A DNA stretch of 57,239 bases, from NCBI GenBank assembly GCA_003510435.1, contig DOMK01000006.1, positions 1-57,239 on the forward strand, in the 5' to 3' direction. Below the pieces are notes generated by a model, which was not told the origin of the DNA, ran no database searches, and saw only the letters and a list, made by a program, of their open reading frames with translations. Shown here piece after piece: positions 8,631-18,185 of this stretch (position 1 is its first letter; each line of letters begins with the position of its first letter). A program made the translations under genes and the position numbers. This DNA is from Candidatus Magasanikiibacteriota bacterium (GTDB lineage: Bacteria > Patescibacteriota > Patescibacteriia > Magasanikbacterales > UBA922).

Positions 8631-9737
8631 TTAATTACTTACTCGCCCTCTTATTTTCATATTATCATTTATTAATTTATAGTCAAGGCTAACCAAATTA
8701 AGGCTATCAGAAACCAGATTAATACCTTCTCCCCCAACCACTGTCTTGGCTTCACGTCCGCCAATAATTTTGGGCGCTAAATAAAAAATTATTTCATCTA
8801 TAACATTGCCATTTTTTTTGTGAGCATCTACAAAGGTGCCATGAACTCCGCCTCCACCTTCAACAAATATTTTTTGTATTCCTTGCTTAGAAAAAAAATC
8901 CAACAACTGTTTTATATCAACCTTTTTCTTGCCAAAAGATTTATATTTTATATTTGCTTTGGCAAAAACTTCTTGTCTCATTTTTGTCGCCAAATTAGTA
9001 CAAACCACAAAAATATTTTTATCGCGATAAACTTTGGCTTTCACATTAGTAGAAAGTTCAGCATCTAAAATTATTCGTAATAATTTTTTATTTTTATATT
9101 TGCCATGTGGAGCCAATTCTGGATCGTCCGCCTTTACAGTTCCAGAACCAACCAAGACTGCATCACAGAGACTTCTTTCTATTCTCGCATCTTGCCTCGC
9201 TTTTTCATTAGTAATCCATTTGGAATCACCAGTCTTGGTGGCAATTTTACCATCCAAACTTATGGCGGCTTTCAAAACCACATAGGGCCAGCCTACACTT
9301 GCCCATTTTAAAAATGGCTGATTTATTTTTTTAATTTCCAAAACAAGTCTTTTATCTTTACACATTTCTACTGCCACACCATTTTTACGCAAATAAATTA
9401 TTCCTTTGCCATTTACTTTTACAAAAGGATCCTTCATTCCCACATAAACTTTTTTAATTCCAGATCTGACTATCAAATCTACACATGGTGGAGTCTGTCC
9501 ATAATGGCAACAGGGTTCCAACGTTATATACAACTCACAATTTTTTAGTAAATTTTTATTTTTTATTTTTTTAATAGCCAACACTTCAGCGTGATCTTTT
9601 CCAGTATGTTTATGCCAACCAATAGCAACAATCTTGCCTTGTCTTACCAAAACAGCACCCACAGCTGGATTAGGTGAAGTAAAGCCTAAACCTTTTTTGG
9701 CTTCTTCTAGAGCTAATTGCATGAATTCAATATTCAT
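8631..9737 (-). CDS. ribD: Bifunctional diaminohydroxyphosphoribosylaminopyrimidine deaminase / 5-amino-6-(5-phosphoribosylamino)uracil reductase
   Basis: CMP/dCMP deaminase zinc motif (HAEVLAI…LEPCCHYGQTPPC) followed by a RibD C-terminal reductase domain. Confidence 0.9.
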   Translation of the reverse strand: MNIEFMQLALEEAKKGLGFTSPNPAVGAVLVRQGKIVAIGWHKHTGKDHAEVLAIKKIKNKNLLKNCELYITLEPCCHYGQTPPCVDLIVRSGIKKVYVGMKDPFVKVNGKGIIYLRKNGVAVEMCKDKRLVLEIKKINQPFLKWASVGWPYVVLKAAISLDGKIATKTGDSKWITNEKARQDARIERSLCDAVLVGSGTVKADDPELAPHGKYKNKKLLRIILDAELSTNVKAKVYRDKNIFVVCTNLATKMRQEVFAKANIKYKSFGKKKVDIKQLLDFFSKQGIQKIFVEGGGGVHGTFVDAHKKNGNVIDEIIFYLAPKIIGGREAKTVVGGEGINLVSDSLNLVSLDYKLINDNMKIRGRVSN

Positions 9738-9740
9738 AAA

Positions 9741-10343
9741 TCAAACCTGGCGAAGTAAATGCCCCATTTTATCTTTTTTGGTTTTTAAATATTTTTTATC
9801 TTGGCCATTTTTTGGTTTTATTTCAATTGAAACCCTAGCTTCAATTTCAATCCCGCATTTTTTAAGTTCTTTTATTTTATCTGGATTATTTGTGAGTAAT
9901 TTTATTTTATTTATACCCAAATCATCTAAAATCAAACAAGCAACTTTATAGTCTCTTTTGTCCGAAGCAAAACCTAATTTTACATTAGCCTCTACAGTAT
10001 CCAAACCCTGTTCTTGCAAATGATACGCTTTTATTTTATTACCCAAACCAATTCCTCTACCTTCCTGACGTAGATATATAATGACACCGCCAACTTTGCC
10101 AATTTTTTTCATGGCCAAATCTAGTTGTTGTTTACAATCACATTTTTGTGAATGAAAAACTTCGCTCGTAATACATTCGCTATGCACCCGAACTAACACA
10201 GATTTATTAGTACTAAAATTTTTTCCCGATAATAAAACAACATGCTCACTGCCGTTGTTATCTTTATAAATTATAATATCAAACTGGCCATATTTTGTTG
10301 GTAGTATGCTTTTGGCTATTTTTTTTATCTTGTATTTCTTCAT
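9741..10343 (-). CDS. ribA: GTP cyclohydrolase II
   Basis: …VRVHSECITSEVFHSQKCDCKQQ…YLRQEGRGIGL… GCH-II signature. 200 aa, so no DHBP-synthase domain. Confidence 0.85.
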   Translation of the reverse strand: MKKYKIKKIAKSILPTKYGQFDIIIYKDNNGSEHVVLLSGKNFSTNKSVLVRVHSECITSEVFHSQKCDCKQQLDLAMKKIGKVGGVIIYLRQEGRGIGLGNKIKAYHLQEQGLDTVEANVKLGFASDKRDYKVACLILDDLGINKIKLLTNNPDKIKELKKCGIEIEARVSIEIKPKNGQDKKYLKTKKDKMGHLLRQV

Positions 10344-10364
10344 AATTAATTTGAATTTTATAAA

Positions 10365-10428
10365 TTCTGTTTCATTCCGTTATTTCTGTTTATTCTGTTG
10401 TAAATTAACAACGGAAAGAACAGAATTA
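10365..10428. repeat. Second copy of the TCTGTT/AACAGA element upstream of ribA
   Basis: ttctgtttcattccgttatttctgtttattctgttgtaaattaacaacggaaagaacagaatt. Confidence 0.65.
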
Positions 10429-10481
10429 AACACCTGCCTGCGCAGGCAGGGAGAAAAACAAAAAAAGCTTATCAGAGACAG

Positions 10482-11573
10482 CTAAATCTCAATAATCGTC
10501 TTATCACCAATAATCATTTTATGACCCTCAGCTTCTTGTCCGGGTTTTTTTATCACACTTACACCCTTACCAAGAATACTATCAGTAATTTTTATATCAG
10601 CGTCCACCACACTATTCTCTAGCATAATAGAATCTTTCATCTTACAATTTCTTAATTCCCCACCAGAACCAATAGTCACATTCGGACCAATTTCACAATT
10701 TTCCAAAATACAATTCTCAGCAATCATAACTGGACCAATAATTTTTACCCCAGCTTTTATTTGCGAGCCAATCCCCACATGAACTTTGCCAGAAATATCG
10801 GCCGACTTATCTATACTGCCGTGATTAGGAAATTCACTGGCTTCCATTCTTTCCAAAAGAAGTCTGTTGGCTAATAACAAATCATTGGCTTGGCCAGTAT
10901 CTTTCCACCAACCAGTAACTTCCCTGTATCCAACTTTAAAATTATTTTTTAAAAAATGTGAATGAATTGATGATATTTCATATTCACCCCGCGCACTTTT
11001 CTCAATTTTTTCAAAAGCATTGAAAAAAACTTTTGGACCATAGAGATAAATCCCTGTCACCGCAAAATCATTGGGCGGATTTTGTGGTTTTTCTACCACA
11101 TCAATCAATTTTCCCGCTTCATCAAAATATGGCACACCAAACCGATTTGGATCTGGTACTTTTGACAAGGCCAACATACAGTCAAAATTATTTTTGTTAA
11201 ATTCATCAGTCATCTCCTTGATACTACCCAATATAATATTATCTGATAAATAAAATATAAAAGGATCATCACCAATAAATTTCTTGGCTTCATTTACTAC
11301 ATGGGCAATTCCCTGTGGTCCACCAGTTTGTTCAAAAAAAGTAATCTTGACTCCCCAGTGTCCCCCATCACCCACATATTTTTGCAATTCAGTTTCACCC
11401 GGATTTGTATTAATAAAAATTTCTTCCACACCTGCTTCTACCACTTTTTCTATAGCATGAAAAATCATTGGCTTATTGGCCAAGGGTATCAAGTGTTTAT
11501 TGATAAGTGAAGTGATCGGACGCAAACGAGTTGCATGCCCACCACCTGTTAATATTGCTTTTTTAATTCTCAT
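10482..11573 (-). CDS. Sugar-phosphate nucleotidyltransferase (glucose-1-phosphate thymidylyl/uridylyltransferase-like) with C-terminal left-handed beta-helix
   Basis: N-terminal GGxGTRL motif (LTGGGHATRLRPIT) and a hexapeptide-repeat C-terminus. Sits inside a dTDP-sugar/glycan cluster. Confidence 0.7.
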   Translation of the reverse strand: MRIKKAILTGGGHATRLRPITSLINKHLIPLANKPMIFHAIEKVVEAGVEEIFINTNPGETELQKYVGDGGHWGVKITFFEQTGGPQGIAHVVNEAKKFIGDDPFIFYLSDNIILGSIKEMTDEFNKNNFDCMLALSKVPDPNRFGVPYFDEAGKLIDVVEKPQNPPNDFAVTGIYLYGPKVFFNAFEKIEKSARGEYEISSIHSHFLKNNFKVGYREVTGWWKDTGQANDLLLANRLLLERMEASEFPNHGSIDKSADISGKVHVGIGSQIKAGVKIIGPVMIAENCILENCEIGPNVTIGSGGELRNCKMKDSIMLENSVVDADIKITDSILGKGVSVIKKPGQEAEGHKMIIGDKTIIEI

Positions 11574-11617
11574 ATAACATTGATTCCACTGATTCTAAAA
11601 ATGATTTCACTGATTAC
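11574..11617 (-). repeat. 38-bp AATCAGTGRAATC-N8-AATCAGTGGAATCAATG element, copy 1, ending 4 nt before the nucleotidyltransferase start
   Basis: Minus strand: gtAATCAGTGAAATCatttttagAATCAGTGGAATCAATGttat-ATG. Confidence 0.7.
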
Positions 11618-11618
11618 T

Positions 11619-11999
11619 TTAAAAATTCTTATAATTAGCAAATCTTTTGACTTCTAGACTTGAATTACAAAAATTTATTAATAAACCTACTTCTAATTTA
11701 CTAGCTTTTAAATATGATATTGTTTGAGTTTGAAATAACTTAGGCATTTCTCCTGATACGGCTTTTAATTCTACCACTACTTTACTATTCACAACTAAAT
11801 CCAACTGAAATGTGCCTACCCACATATTTTGATATTTAATATCAAACTGTTTTTCACTTTCTACACCTAAACCTTCATTTTCTAAAGCCACAATCATTGC
11901 TTTGTGATAGATTCTTTCTTGAAAACCTGGACCAATTTCACGATGTATTCTCATGGCTACACCAATTATTTGTCTAGTTAATTCACTTTCTTTATACAT
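11619..11999 (-). CDS. GxxExxY family protein (PD-(D/E)XK nuclease superfamily)
   Basis: 126 aa; G-x-x-E-x-x-Y signature (IGVAMRIHREIGPGFQERIYHKAM). Flanked on both sides by inverted copies of a 38-bp repeat. Confidence 0.75.
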   Translation of the reverse strand: MYKESELTRQIIGVAMRIHREIGPGFQERIYHKAMIVALENEGLGVESEKQFDIKYQNMWVGTFQLDLVVNSKVVVELKAVSGEMPKLFQTQTISYLKASKLEVGLLINFCNSSLEVKRFANYKNF

Positions 12000-12028
12000 A
12001 GATCTGTGAAATAAAATTAAACAACCAC

Positions 12029-12066
12029 AATCAGTGAAATCTCAAATTAAATCAGTGAAATCAATG
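12029..12066 (+). repeat. 38-bp AATCAGTGAAATC element, copy 2, inverted relative to copy 1; the pair brackets GxxExxY gene 1
   Basis: AATCAGTGAAATCtcaaattaAATCAGTGAAATCAATG. A degenerate unit gatctgtgaaat lies at 12001-12012. Confidence 0.7.
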
Positions 12067-12068
12067 TC

Positions 12069-13166
12069 TTACCACCAAATCAAAAACTTAACAATAACAA
12101 AATACACTTTCATCACCGGATTCCCTACATAAATCACCAAAGGATTTTCTACAGACTTTTCTTGAAAATATATTCCGGCCACAGCATTTTTTAATAATTC
12201 ACGATCAGTAATTTTTTTAATTTTAAAAATATTTTTTCTTTTCTTCAACCACAATTGCCAACTACTTAGTTTTAACCAATACTGATAAACTTTTATTCGT
12301 TCTTTCCACCAGCCACCTTTGAAAGCAAATAACCACAAACCGATTTCTAAAACCAAAGCAATTGGCAAGAGTAATAATAAAGTTGGAATGCGGAAAAACA
12401 TTAGCATTACCCCATAACGATTGCGTTCCATCCAATAAAACTTGGTAATACTCCGGCTAAATTGATACTTGTGATAAAAAATTGAATCTTTTACTACAAC
12501 CGACCTAAAACCAGCTACTCGCAAACGAAATGAATACTCCAAATCTTCATGATACAAGAAAAAATCTTGATCCCACAAACCAAATTCTTTTAATAAGTCT
12601 GCTCGCATCATAAGCGCGGCTCCACTCGCATAACCAACATCACTCACGGCTGGCAAATTTAAATTTTGATGTTTTACTCTATAATCACCACAAAAACCAA
12701 AACCTAAATATTGAAAAGCATTACCCGCACTATTTACCAAATCTGTTTCTGGATGCAATAGTATTAGAGACTGTGCCACACCAATAGTCTTGTCTTTTTC
12801 CATTTGTTCTACCAATGGTTCAAGACAATTAGAGGCCATAAAACCATCATTATTGTGAAAAAACACATAATCAAAGCCATTATCTAGCGCCCATTTTATG
12901 CCTTCATTATTTCCCCCAGCAAAACCCAGGTTGTCTTTTTGGGGAAGCAGTGTCACGTGAGGAATAATCAAACCAGACATGGGCATAACATTTTCTTCTA
13001 TATAGCGGACTGAACTGCCATACTCTGGGTGCGGATTATCCACAATCACAAACTCCACTCTATCTCTGGGATAAGTTAATTTTTTCAAAGACGAAACCAC
13101 GTCGTCTATGTATGGTTCACAATGAAAGGAAAGATATATAATAGCAATGCGAGGATAAGAATTCAT
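12069..13166 (-). CDS. Glycosyltransferase family 2
   Basis: GT2 fold motifs (…VIVDNPHPEYG…, DxD-type …FHNNDGF…), C-terminal TM helices. The track start 13205 is TTG; ATG at 13166 used. Confidence 0.7.
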   Translation of the reverse strand: MNSYPRIAIIYLSFHCEPYIDDVVSSLKKLTYPRDRVEFVIVDNPHPEYGSSVRYIEENVMPMSGLIIPHVTLLPQKDNLGFAGGNNEGIKWALDNGFDYVFFHNNDGFMASNCLEPLVEQMEKDKTIGVAQSLILLHPETDLVNSAGNAFQYLGFGFCGDYRVKHQNLNLPAVSDVGYASGAALMMRADLLKEFGLWDQDFFLYHEDLEYSFRLRVAGFRSVVVKDSIFYHKYQFSRSITKFYWMERNRYGVMLMFFRIPTLLLLLPIALVLEIGLWLFAFKGGWWKERIKVYQYWLKLSSWQLWLKKRKNIFKIKKITDRELLKNAVAGIYFQEKSVENPLVIYVGNPVMKVYFVIVKFLIWW

Positions 13167-13214
13167 AATAAAAAAATTTTCAATTTTACAATTTACAATT
13201 TTCAAAATGTTTGA

Positions 13215-13249
13215 TATTAGAAATTAGGTTAATTAGAAATTAGAAATTT
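13215..13249. repeat. TTAGAAATTAGGTKAATTAGAAATTAGAAATT element, copy 1
   Basis: tattagaaattaggttaattagaaattagaaattt; near-identical copy at 50037-50071. Confidence 0.6.
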
Positions 13250-13299
13250 AAAAAACTTTGCACCTAATATAAACCTTAATTATAATTTGAACTAGAATT

Positions 13300-14139
13300 T
13301 CATTTTCTAGCTCTATAGTATTTATGGTTCCCCTGCCACTTCCACAAAAACTGCCACCAACTCTTGGCATGAATTCTGGCCAATCTATTCTTAAACAAAG
13401 CTTTAAACAGTCCTGGCACTTTGGCCGACTCCCGAGCATGCACATGTCTTATAATAATATCATGAACATAATAAACTGGCCAGCCCGCTTCCCACATCCG
13501 CCGACACCAATCACAATCTTCCAAATACATAAAATATCTTTCTTCATCAAACCAACCTACTTCTTCTACCACTTCTTTGCGCACAATCATAGCTGCTCCC
13601 AAGACCCAGTCTACTGGCCTGGTCTCATTATGATCAAAATCTTTCATTTCTAGCTTGTCAGCATGGCGCTTGATCCATTTATATTTTCGATCAAAATTAA
13701 TATGCTTCAGTGGTTTAATTAAAATTGATGGTAAATCAAACCGATAACAAGAATATTGTAGAGTTCCATCCATATTTAACAACTTTGGACCAATACAACC
13801 AATCTTTCTATGATCATCCATGTATTTTATTAATCGTTCAATTGTTTTAGAATTCTCTGGAATAATAGTATCGCGATTGAGAGCAAAATAATATCTCGCT
13901 TCGGTCGCTTTAAAACCCTTATTATTACCTTTACCAAAACCAATATTACCACCACAATCTATATACTTAACTCCAGAAGGTAAAGCTTCCTTAATTCCAT
14001 CTTTGTTTTCCGAATTATCAGCTACAGTAATTTGGACATCATATGGACAATCTTTAATATCAGCCAAAACAGAATCAACGGCACGTAAAATGTCGTCTTT
14101 CATTAGATAATTTAAAAATACTATATTGATATCCTTCAT
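13300..14139 (-). CDS. Glycosyltransferase family 2
   Basis: …QITVADNSENKDG…, LNRDT, ED…motifs of GT2. An ATTAGTG triple repeat abuts the start codon. Confidence 0.75.
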   Translation of the reverse strand: MKDINIVFLNYLMKDDILRAVDSVLADIKDCPYDVQITVADNSENKDGIKEALPSGVKYIDCGGNIGFGKGNNKGFKATEARYYFALNRDTIIPENSKTIERLIKYMDDHRKIGCIGPKLLNMDGTLQYSCYRFDLPSILIKPLKHINFDRKYKWIKRHADKLEMKDFDHNETRPVDWVLGAAMIVRKEVVEEVGWFDEERYFMYLEDCDWCRRMWEAGWPVYYVHDIIIRHVHARESAKVPGLFKALFKNRLARIHAKSWWQFLWKWQGNHKYYRARK

Positions 14140-14143
14140 AAAC

Positions 14144-14173
14144 CACTAATCTTTTACACTAATTCACACTAAT
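14144..14173 (-). promoter_or_regulatory. ATTAGTG x3 direct-repeat array ending 4 nt before the GT2 start codon (14139)
   Basis: cactaat units at 14144-14150, 14157-14163, 14167-14173 (minus-strand ATTAGTG). Confidence 0.6.
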
Positions 14174-14180
14174 AATTAAT

Positions 14181-14654
14181 TTATAAATGCCAATTTTTAT
14201 CTTGATATTTTTCTTTTTTAAATAATTTTTCAATTTCTTCTTTAATTAACATAATATCTTCTTTGTTCAAAGGTTCAAAATCATCATAAAAACCAGTTGA
14301 TCTGTCTGGTAAATAAACTGATTCTGGCCAAGGCTGTTTAAGAGCATTTTTAGCTCTACCTAAAACATGATAATGTAAAAAAGATTTTTTACCTTCCTTG
14401 GCTGCCCAATTCCCCATGTCCTGATAATTTATTTTTATCACTGGTATTCCTTGTTTATTCATAACTGTCTCCATAGCTTCTCCAACCATTATTGTCAAAC
14501 GCATCAACTCAATTGCCCCCCCTGGATCTAATTTTGTTCGGTCAGTAATTTCTTCATTTTTTATTCTTATCCTAATATGCCCACCATCATTTCTTGAAAC
14601 AAAGGGTTTTTCATGGGATTCAACTATAAAATTTTTTGTTTCGTATATTAACAT
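14181..14654 (-). CDS. HIT-superfamily-like protein (hypothetical)
   Basis: Weak HIT-like His cluster (…KSFLHYHVLGR…). Assignment tentative. Confidence 0.3.
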   Translation of the reverse strand: MLIYETKNFIVESHEKPFVSRNDGGHIRIRIKNEEITDRTKLDPGGAIELMRLTIMVGEAMETVMNKQGIPVIKINYQDMGNWAAKEGKKSFLHYHVLGRAKNALKQPWPESVYLPDRSTGFYDDFEPLNKEDIMLIKEEIEKLFKKEKYQDKNWHL

Positions 14655-14662
14655 AATGACTT

Positions 14663-14962
14663 TTATTTTTTAGAGTGATCTTTTATAATTAAAACTAAAT
14701 AATAAATCATGGAGTAAACCGCGACAGATAAAAATATTATACACACACCAATAAAAATATACCAATTTATAACATTATCAAAGGCTGTCCGCATATAAAA
14801 ACTCATCAGTAAAAAAAATGAAAAAAATACTGACATAAAAAGCATTCCAACAAATCCACGCACTTTGTTTTTATTTACTTTTTCTTTCAGTTCTTGTTTA
14901 TGCTCGCGATTATATTTTATTCCCTGATTAATTGTTTCAAAAAAATTTTCTATAAAGGTCAT
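14663..14962 (-). CDS. Small hypothetical membrane protein (2 predicted TM helices)
   Basis: ORF with ATG and hydrophobic stretches. No family recognised. Confidence 0.35.
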   Translation of the reverse strand: MTFIENFFETINQGIKYNREHKQELKEKVNKNKVRGFVGMLFMSVFFSFFLLMSFYMRTAFDNVINWYIFIGVCIIFLSVAVYSMIYYLVLIIKDHSKK

Positions 14963-14970
14963 ACTAATTT

Positions 14971-15192
14971 TTATTTATTAGGTGTCCTAGAAAGTATTGG
15001 CTCATCTGATTCACTCTCAATATCAGTATTTAACAAACTATCAATAATACCATCAGCCGACTTAGCTTGCTCCAGATGAACTTCAATATCTTCACCTGAC
15101 AAATGATCTGTCATACGATTCAATCTTTCATTAATATCATTATCAACAATAGTAACACCTCTTTCAATTTTTAATCCCCTATTGCTATTCAT
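14971..15192 (-). CDS. Small acidic hypothetical protein
   Basis: ORF with ATG, tightly packed between neighbours. No family recognised. Confidence 0.3.
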   Translation of the reverse strand: MNSNRGLKIERGVTIVDNDINERLNRMTDHLSGEDIEVHLEQAKSADGIIDSLLNTDIESESDEPILSRTPNK

Positions 15193-15242
15193 AATTTCTT
15201 AATTCAATATTTGTCATATGTTACATGCTATATGATACATGA

Positions 15243-16319
15243 CTAAATCCACCACCGTCTCATCTCTCTCCAACTCACCTTTCTCATTTCTTTAATCTTC
15301 AATCTTTTAATCTTTAAGTCTTTACGATTTTTCCAAATCTCCCCCAACCCTTTCAACACACTTCTATCAAAAATTAAAAAATACACAAACTTCTTTAATT
15401 CATACCATTTTATCCATAGCAAGTCAAGAAGGTAATTTTGCCAATATTCATTTTTATACAGTGTCATTAAATGATTTTTGTAACTATGATACTTCACCCA
15501 CGATGACTGCTTTTTCTTATTAGCCATAGCTACCATGTCCCCTTTTTTCTCCAACCCCTCGGCCGATCTGTCATGATAGGCAACCGTATCAAGCAAAACA
15601 AAGGCTTTATACCCAGCAATCCGTAAACGATAGGCCAAATCCACATCTTCTTTATACAAAAAATATAATTCATCAAACAAACCAACTTTATCAATCACAT
15701 TTTTGCGAAGCATAGGAAAAGCACCAGACACTCCAAAGACTTCCATCGCTTCATCAACTGTATGATGAGACAATTCTAATTTAGATTTTTTATCATCCCA
15801 ATCTTTGCCGGTATATTTTTCTATCACCCTCCTATTTCGCAAAACTTTTAAACCGAGCGTGTCAATTTTATTACTAAAACTCTGTTCTAATCTTTCAGTG
15901 AAATCTTTTTTTAAATCAGTGAAATCAATGTTCCAACGCATAAGTCTTGGACTAACGACTGCTACGTCATCATGACTATCCATAAACTGTACTAATTTCT
16001 CCAAACAATCCGGCATCAAATACATATCTTGGTTAAGCAATAAGACATATTCATTTTCTCCTTGTTCCTTATTCCTTATTCCTTCAAACAATTTATTATG
16101 ACCGCCTGAAAAACCAAGATTTTCCTTTCCTTCAATCAATTCACACTCAATCGGCATACTCTTAATCTCAATCTTAATCTTTTCTACTGTATCATCTGTT
16201 GACCCATTATCCAAAATTACTAATTTAAAATCACGAAAAGTCTGCTTTCTTAACGAATCAAAAAGATACTCTATATATTTAGAGCCATTCCAGGTGACTA
16301 GGTGTATATTTAATTTCAT
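15243..16319 (-). CDS. Glycosyltransferase family 2 (rhamnosyltransferase-like)
   Basis: …LVILDNGSTDDT…, NQDMYL, ED motifs. The track start 16331 is TTG; ATG 16319 (MKLNIHLVTWNGS) used. Contains an in-frame copy of the 38-bp AATCAGTGRAATC element (IDFTDLKKDFTE). Confidence 0.75.
   Translation of the reverse strand: MKLNIHLVTWNGSKYIEYLFDSLRKQTFRDFKLVILDNGSTDDTVEKIKIEIKSMPIECELIEGKENLGFSGGHNKLFEGIRNKEQGENEYVLLLNQDMYLMPDCLEKLVQFMDSHDDVAVVSPRLMRWNIDFTDLKKDFTERLEQSFSNKIDTLGLKVLRNRRVIEKYTGKDWDDKKSKLELSHHTVDEAMEVFGVSGAFPMLRKNVIDKVGLFDELYFLYKEDVDLAYRLRIAGYKAFVLLDTVAYHDRSAEGLEKKGDMVAMANKKKQSSWVKYHSYKNHLMTLYKNEYWQNYLLDLLWIKWYELKKFVYFLIFDRSVLKGLGEIWKNRKDLKIKRLKIKEMRKVSWREMRRWWI
15893..15930 (+). repeat. 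38-bp AATCAGTGAAATC element, copy 3, in frame inside the GT2 gene 15243..16319
   Basis: tttcagtgaaatctttttttaaatcagtgaaatcaatg; encodes IDFTDLKKDFTE on the minus strand. Confidence 0.7.
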
Positions 16320-16330
16320 AAAACTATCCA

Positions 16331-16414
16331 ATAGAACTCAAATTACCAAAATTACCAAAATCCACTAAAATAAATTTGCGAAAATTTAGGTAATTTAGGA
16401 AATTTGTGTTCTAT
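16331..16414. repeat. Second copy of the ATAGAACTCAAATTACC long palindrome, between two GT2 genes
   Basis: atagaactcaaattaccaaaattacc…ggtaatttaggaaatttgtgttctat. Confidence 0.7.
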
Positions 16415-16433
16415 TTTTAAAAAAATATTTATT

Positions 16434-17279
16434 TTAAACAAACAAATCAACTAAAAACGCTAACAAAATTCCTACTGGTCTAAAAATAGCAATCCAAATC
16501 CATTTGGACATTGGTTCCCATTTTTTAAAATATGTTAACATGGATTTGCTAAAATTTTTCTGTTTCCAATAACTTTTTCTTTTTTTAAAACTCTGACCTA
16601 CATAATCTATACAAGTAATAATCGGAGTGTACATTACTTTATATCCAGCTTTAGAACACTCTCGACAAGTATCAACATCTTCAAACCAAATAAAATATCT
16701 TGGATCAAATGCCCAACCCAATTTTTTATAAACTTCCCGACGCATCAACAAAAAAGATCCGCGCACACTATCTACCGTCTGTTCTTTCTCTGGATCAAAA
16801 TCTTTCATCAAATAATTATCCAAAATCATTGGTATAAAATGTGGAACTTTCAAAAGTAATAAAACTTGTTCCCAGACTTTAGGAAATCTTCGTGGTTTAG
16901 CCTCTTCATTAAACTGGCCAAACTGATCAACTAATTTACAACTCGCAATCCCAACATCAGGATGATTTTTCATCCACTCTATCATTTTATCAAGACTGCC
17001 CGGTTCAATTTCATTATCAGCATTTAAAAATAATAAAAATTCCCCTTGGGAAATTTCAGAACCTTTATTATTACCTTGGGCAAAACCCAAATTTTCTAAA
17101 TTTTTTATTAGTTTAACTGAAGAATATTTTTCCACTAGTTCGACAGTTTTATCTGTAGAAGCATTGTCTACTACAATTTGTTCATAAGTAATATCTTTAC
17201 AACCCAAAACCACAGATTTAATTTGTTTCTCAATAAAATCTTGTGAATTCCATGTGACGGTAATAACTGATAGATCCAT
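16434..17279 (-). CDS. Glycosyltransferase family 2
   Basis: MDLSVITVTWNS…VVDNASTDKT…LNADNE… GT2 motifs. The track start 17315 is TTG; ATG 17279 used. Confidence 0.75.
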   Translation of the reverse strand: MDLSVITVTWNSQDFIEKQIKSVVLGCKDITYEQIVVDNASTDKTVELVEKYSSVKLIKNLENLGFAQGNNKGSEISQGEFLLFLNADNEIEPGSLDKMIEWMKNHPDVGIASCKLVDQFGQFNEEAKPRRFPKVWEQVLLLLKVPHFIPMILDNYLMKDFDPEKEQTVDSVRGSFLLMRREVYKKLGWAFDPRYFIWFEDVDTCRECSKAGYKVMYTPIITCIDYVGQSFKKRKSYWKQKNFSKSMLTYFKKWEPMSKWIWIAIFRPVGILLAFLVDLFV

Positions 17280-17286
17280 AAATTGA

Positions 17287-18177
17287 CTAACTAAAATTTC
17301 TGGGATTCTCAACAAAGAATGAAAGTAATTCTCTAATAATCTCTTTTGTTTTTTCTATTTCCCTACCATCCATTATCATCTTTATACTATTTTCGTAAAT
17401 ACTTTCATCTTCATGTTTATGTCTCCGAACTGTACAACGGCTAACATGAGAGAACAAATTATTCGGTTCTTCTTTTTTGCCACCAGATACTGTAGGACAT
17501 TCTGACTCAAAATGACTAACCATATCACAATTTTTTTTCTTCCTTGTCCTGTCTGAAAAATATTCCAAAGCAAATATATTATCAGGATTATCTTGGCCCA
17601 CTGAATGCTCTATACTTATTTGCACAGATCCCTCACCAACACGATGGCTACTTTGTCTAAATTTAACATGCACTTCCACAATCGTTGGTTTGGAGAGCTG
17701 ATTCACTATATTAGACAGAGTTGGATCAAATATTTCAGATAACAATTTTTCTATGTCGGCGCCTGTCGGCCAGCAATCCATACTGATTGTCTTATTAAGA
17801 TCACATTTTTTTGACCTTTCGAATTTCCTAACAATAATATCAAAATCACCAACTTTATATCTAGCTACATTATTTTCATCCTCCATTAAATCCTGCAAAC
17901 CATCAAATTTATCTAATAACCTATAATACAAGTCCCTAATATTATTATAATCACCAGCTACGGCCACTAATTTATTAGCCTGATTTTCAAAATCTACTGA
18001 TAAATTCTGTATATAAGTATATAATTCAGTCACCATTTCACTCAGCTTCAATACTTCCTGATCATGTTTCCATATCTTATTTTTACACCAAGCCATAATA
18101 TCAGCCAATTCTTTGATTGTCTCTCTAACTTCTTGTGGCATCTCTCGTAAAAATTGTTCTGATACTCTTTCTGGCAT
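17287..18177 (-). CDS. Hypothetical protein (296 aa)
   Basis: Intact ORF with ATG, packed in an operon between a cupin gene and a GT2 gene. No recognisable family. Confidence 0.4.
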   Translation of the reverse strand: MPERVSEQFLREMPQEVRETIKELADIMAWCKNKIWKHDQEVLKLSEMVTELYTYIQNLSVDFENQANKLVAVAGDYNNIRDLYYRLLDKFDGLQDLMEDENNVARYKVGDFDIIVRKFERSKKCDLNKTISMDCWPTGADIEKLLSEIFDPTLSNIVNQLSKPTIVEVHVKFRQSSHRVGEGSVQISIEHSVGQDNPDNIFALEYFSDRTRKKKNCDMVSHFESECPTVSGGKKEEPNNLFSHVSRCTVRRHKHEDESIYENSIKMIMDGREIEKTKEIIRELLSFFVENPRNFS

Positions 18178-18185
18178 ATAAAATA

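Noticed and set aside
10344-10481. Possible FMN riboswitch ahead of the rib operon
   Set aside because: No FMN aptamer conserved blocks visible. The segment instead matches a palindromic repeat also found between proA and proB, plus a terminator hairpin (CCTGCCTGCGCAGGCAGG) for the upstream gene. Should still be scanned with Rfam.
12029-12066. ATG embedded in the 38-bp element (…AATCAATG…) as a start of a small ORF
   Set aside because: Only a ~20-codon frame follows; the same ATG-containing unit occurs inside other genes in frame, so it is part of the repeat, not a start.
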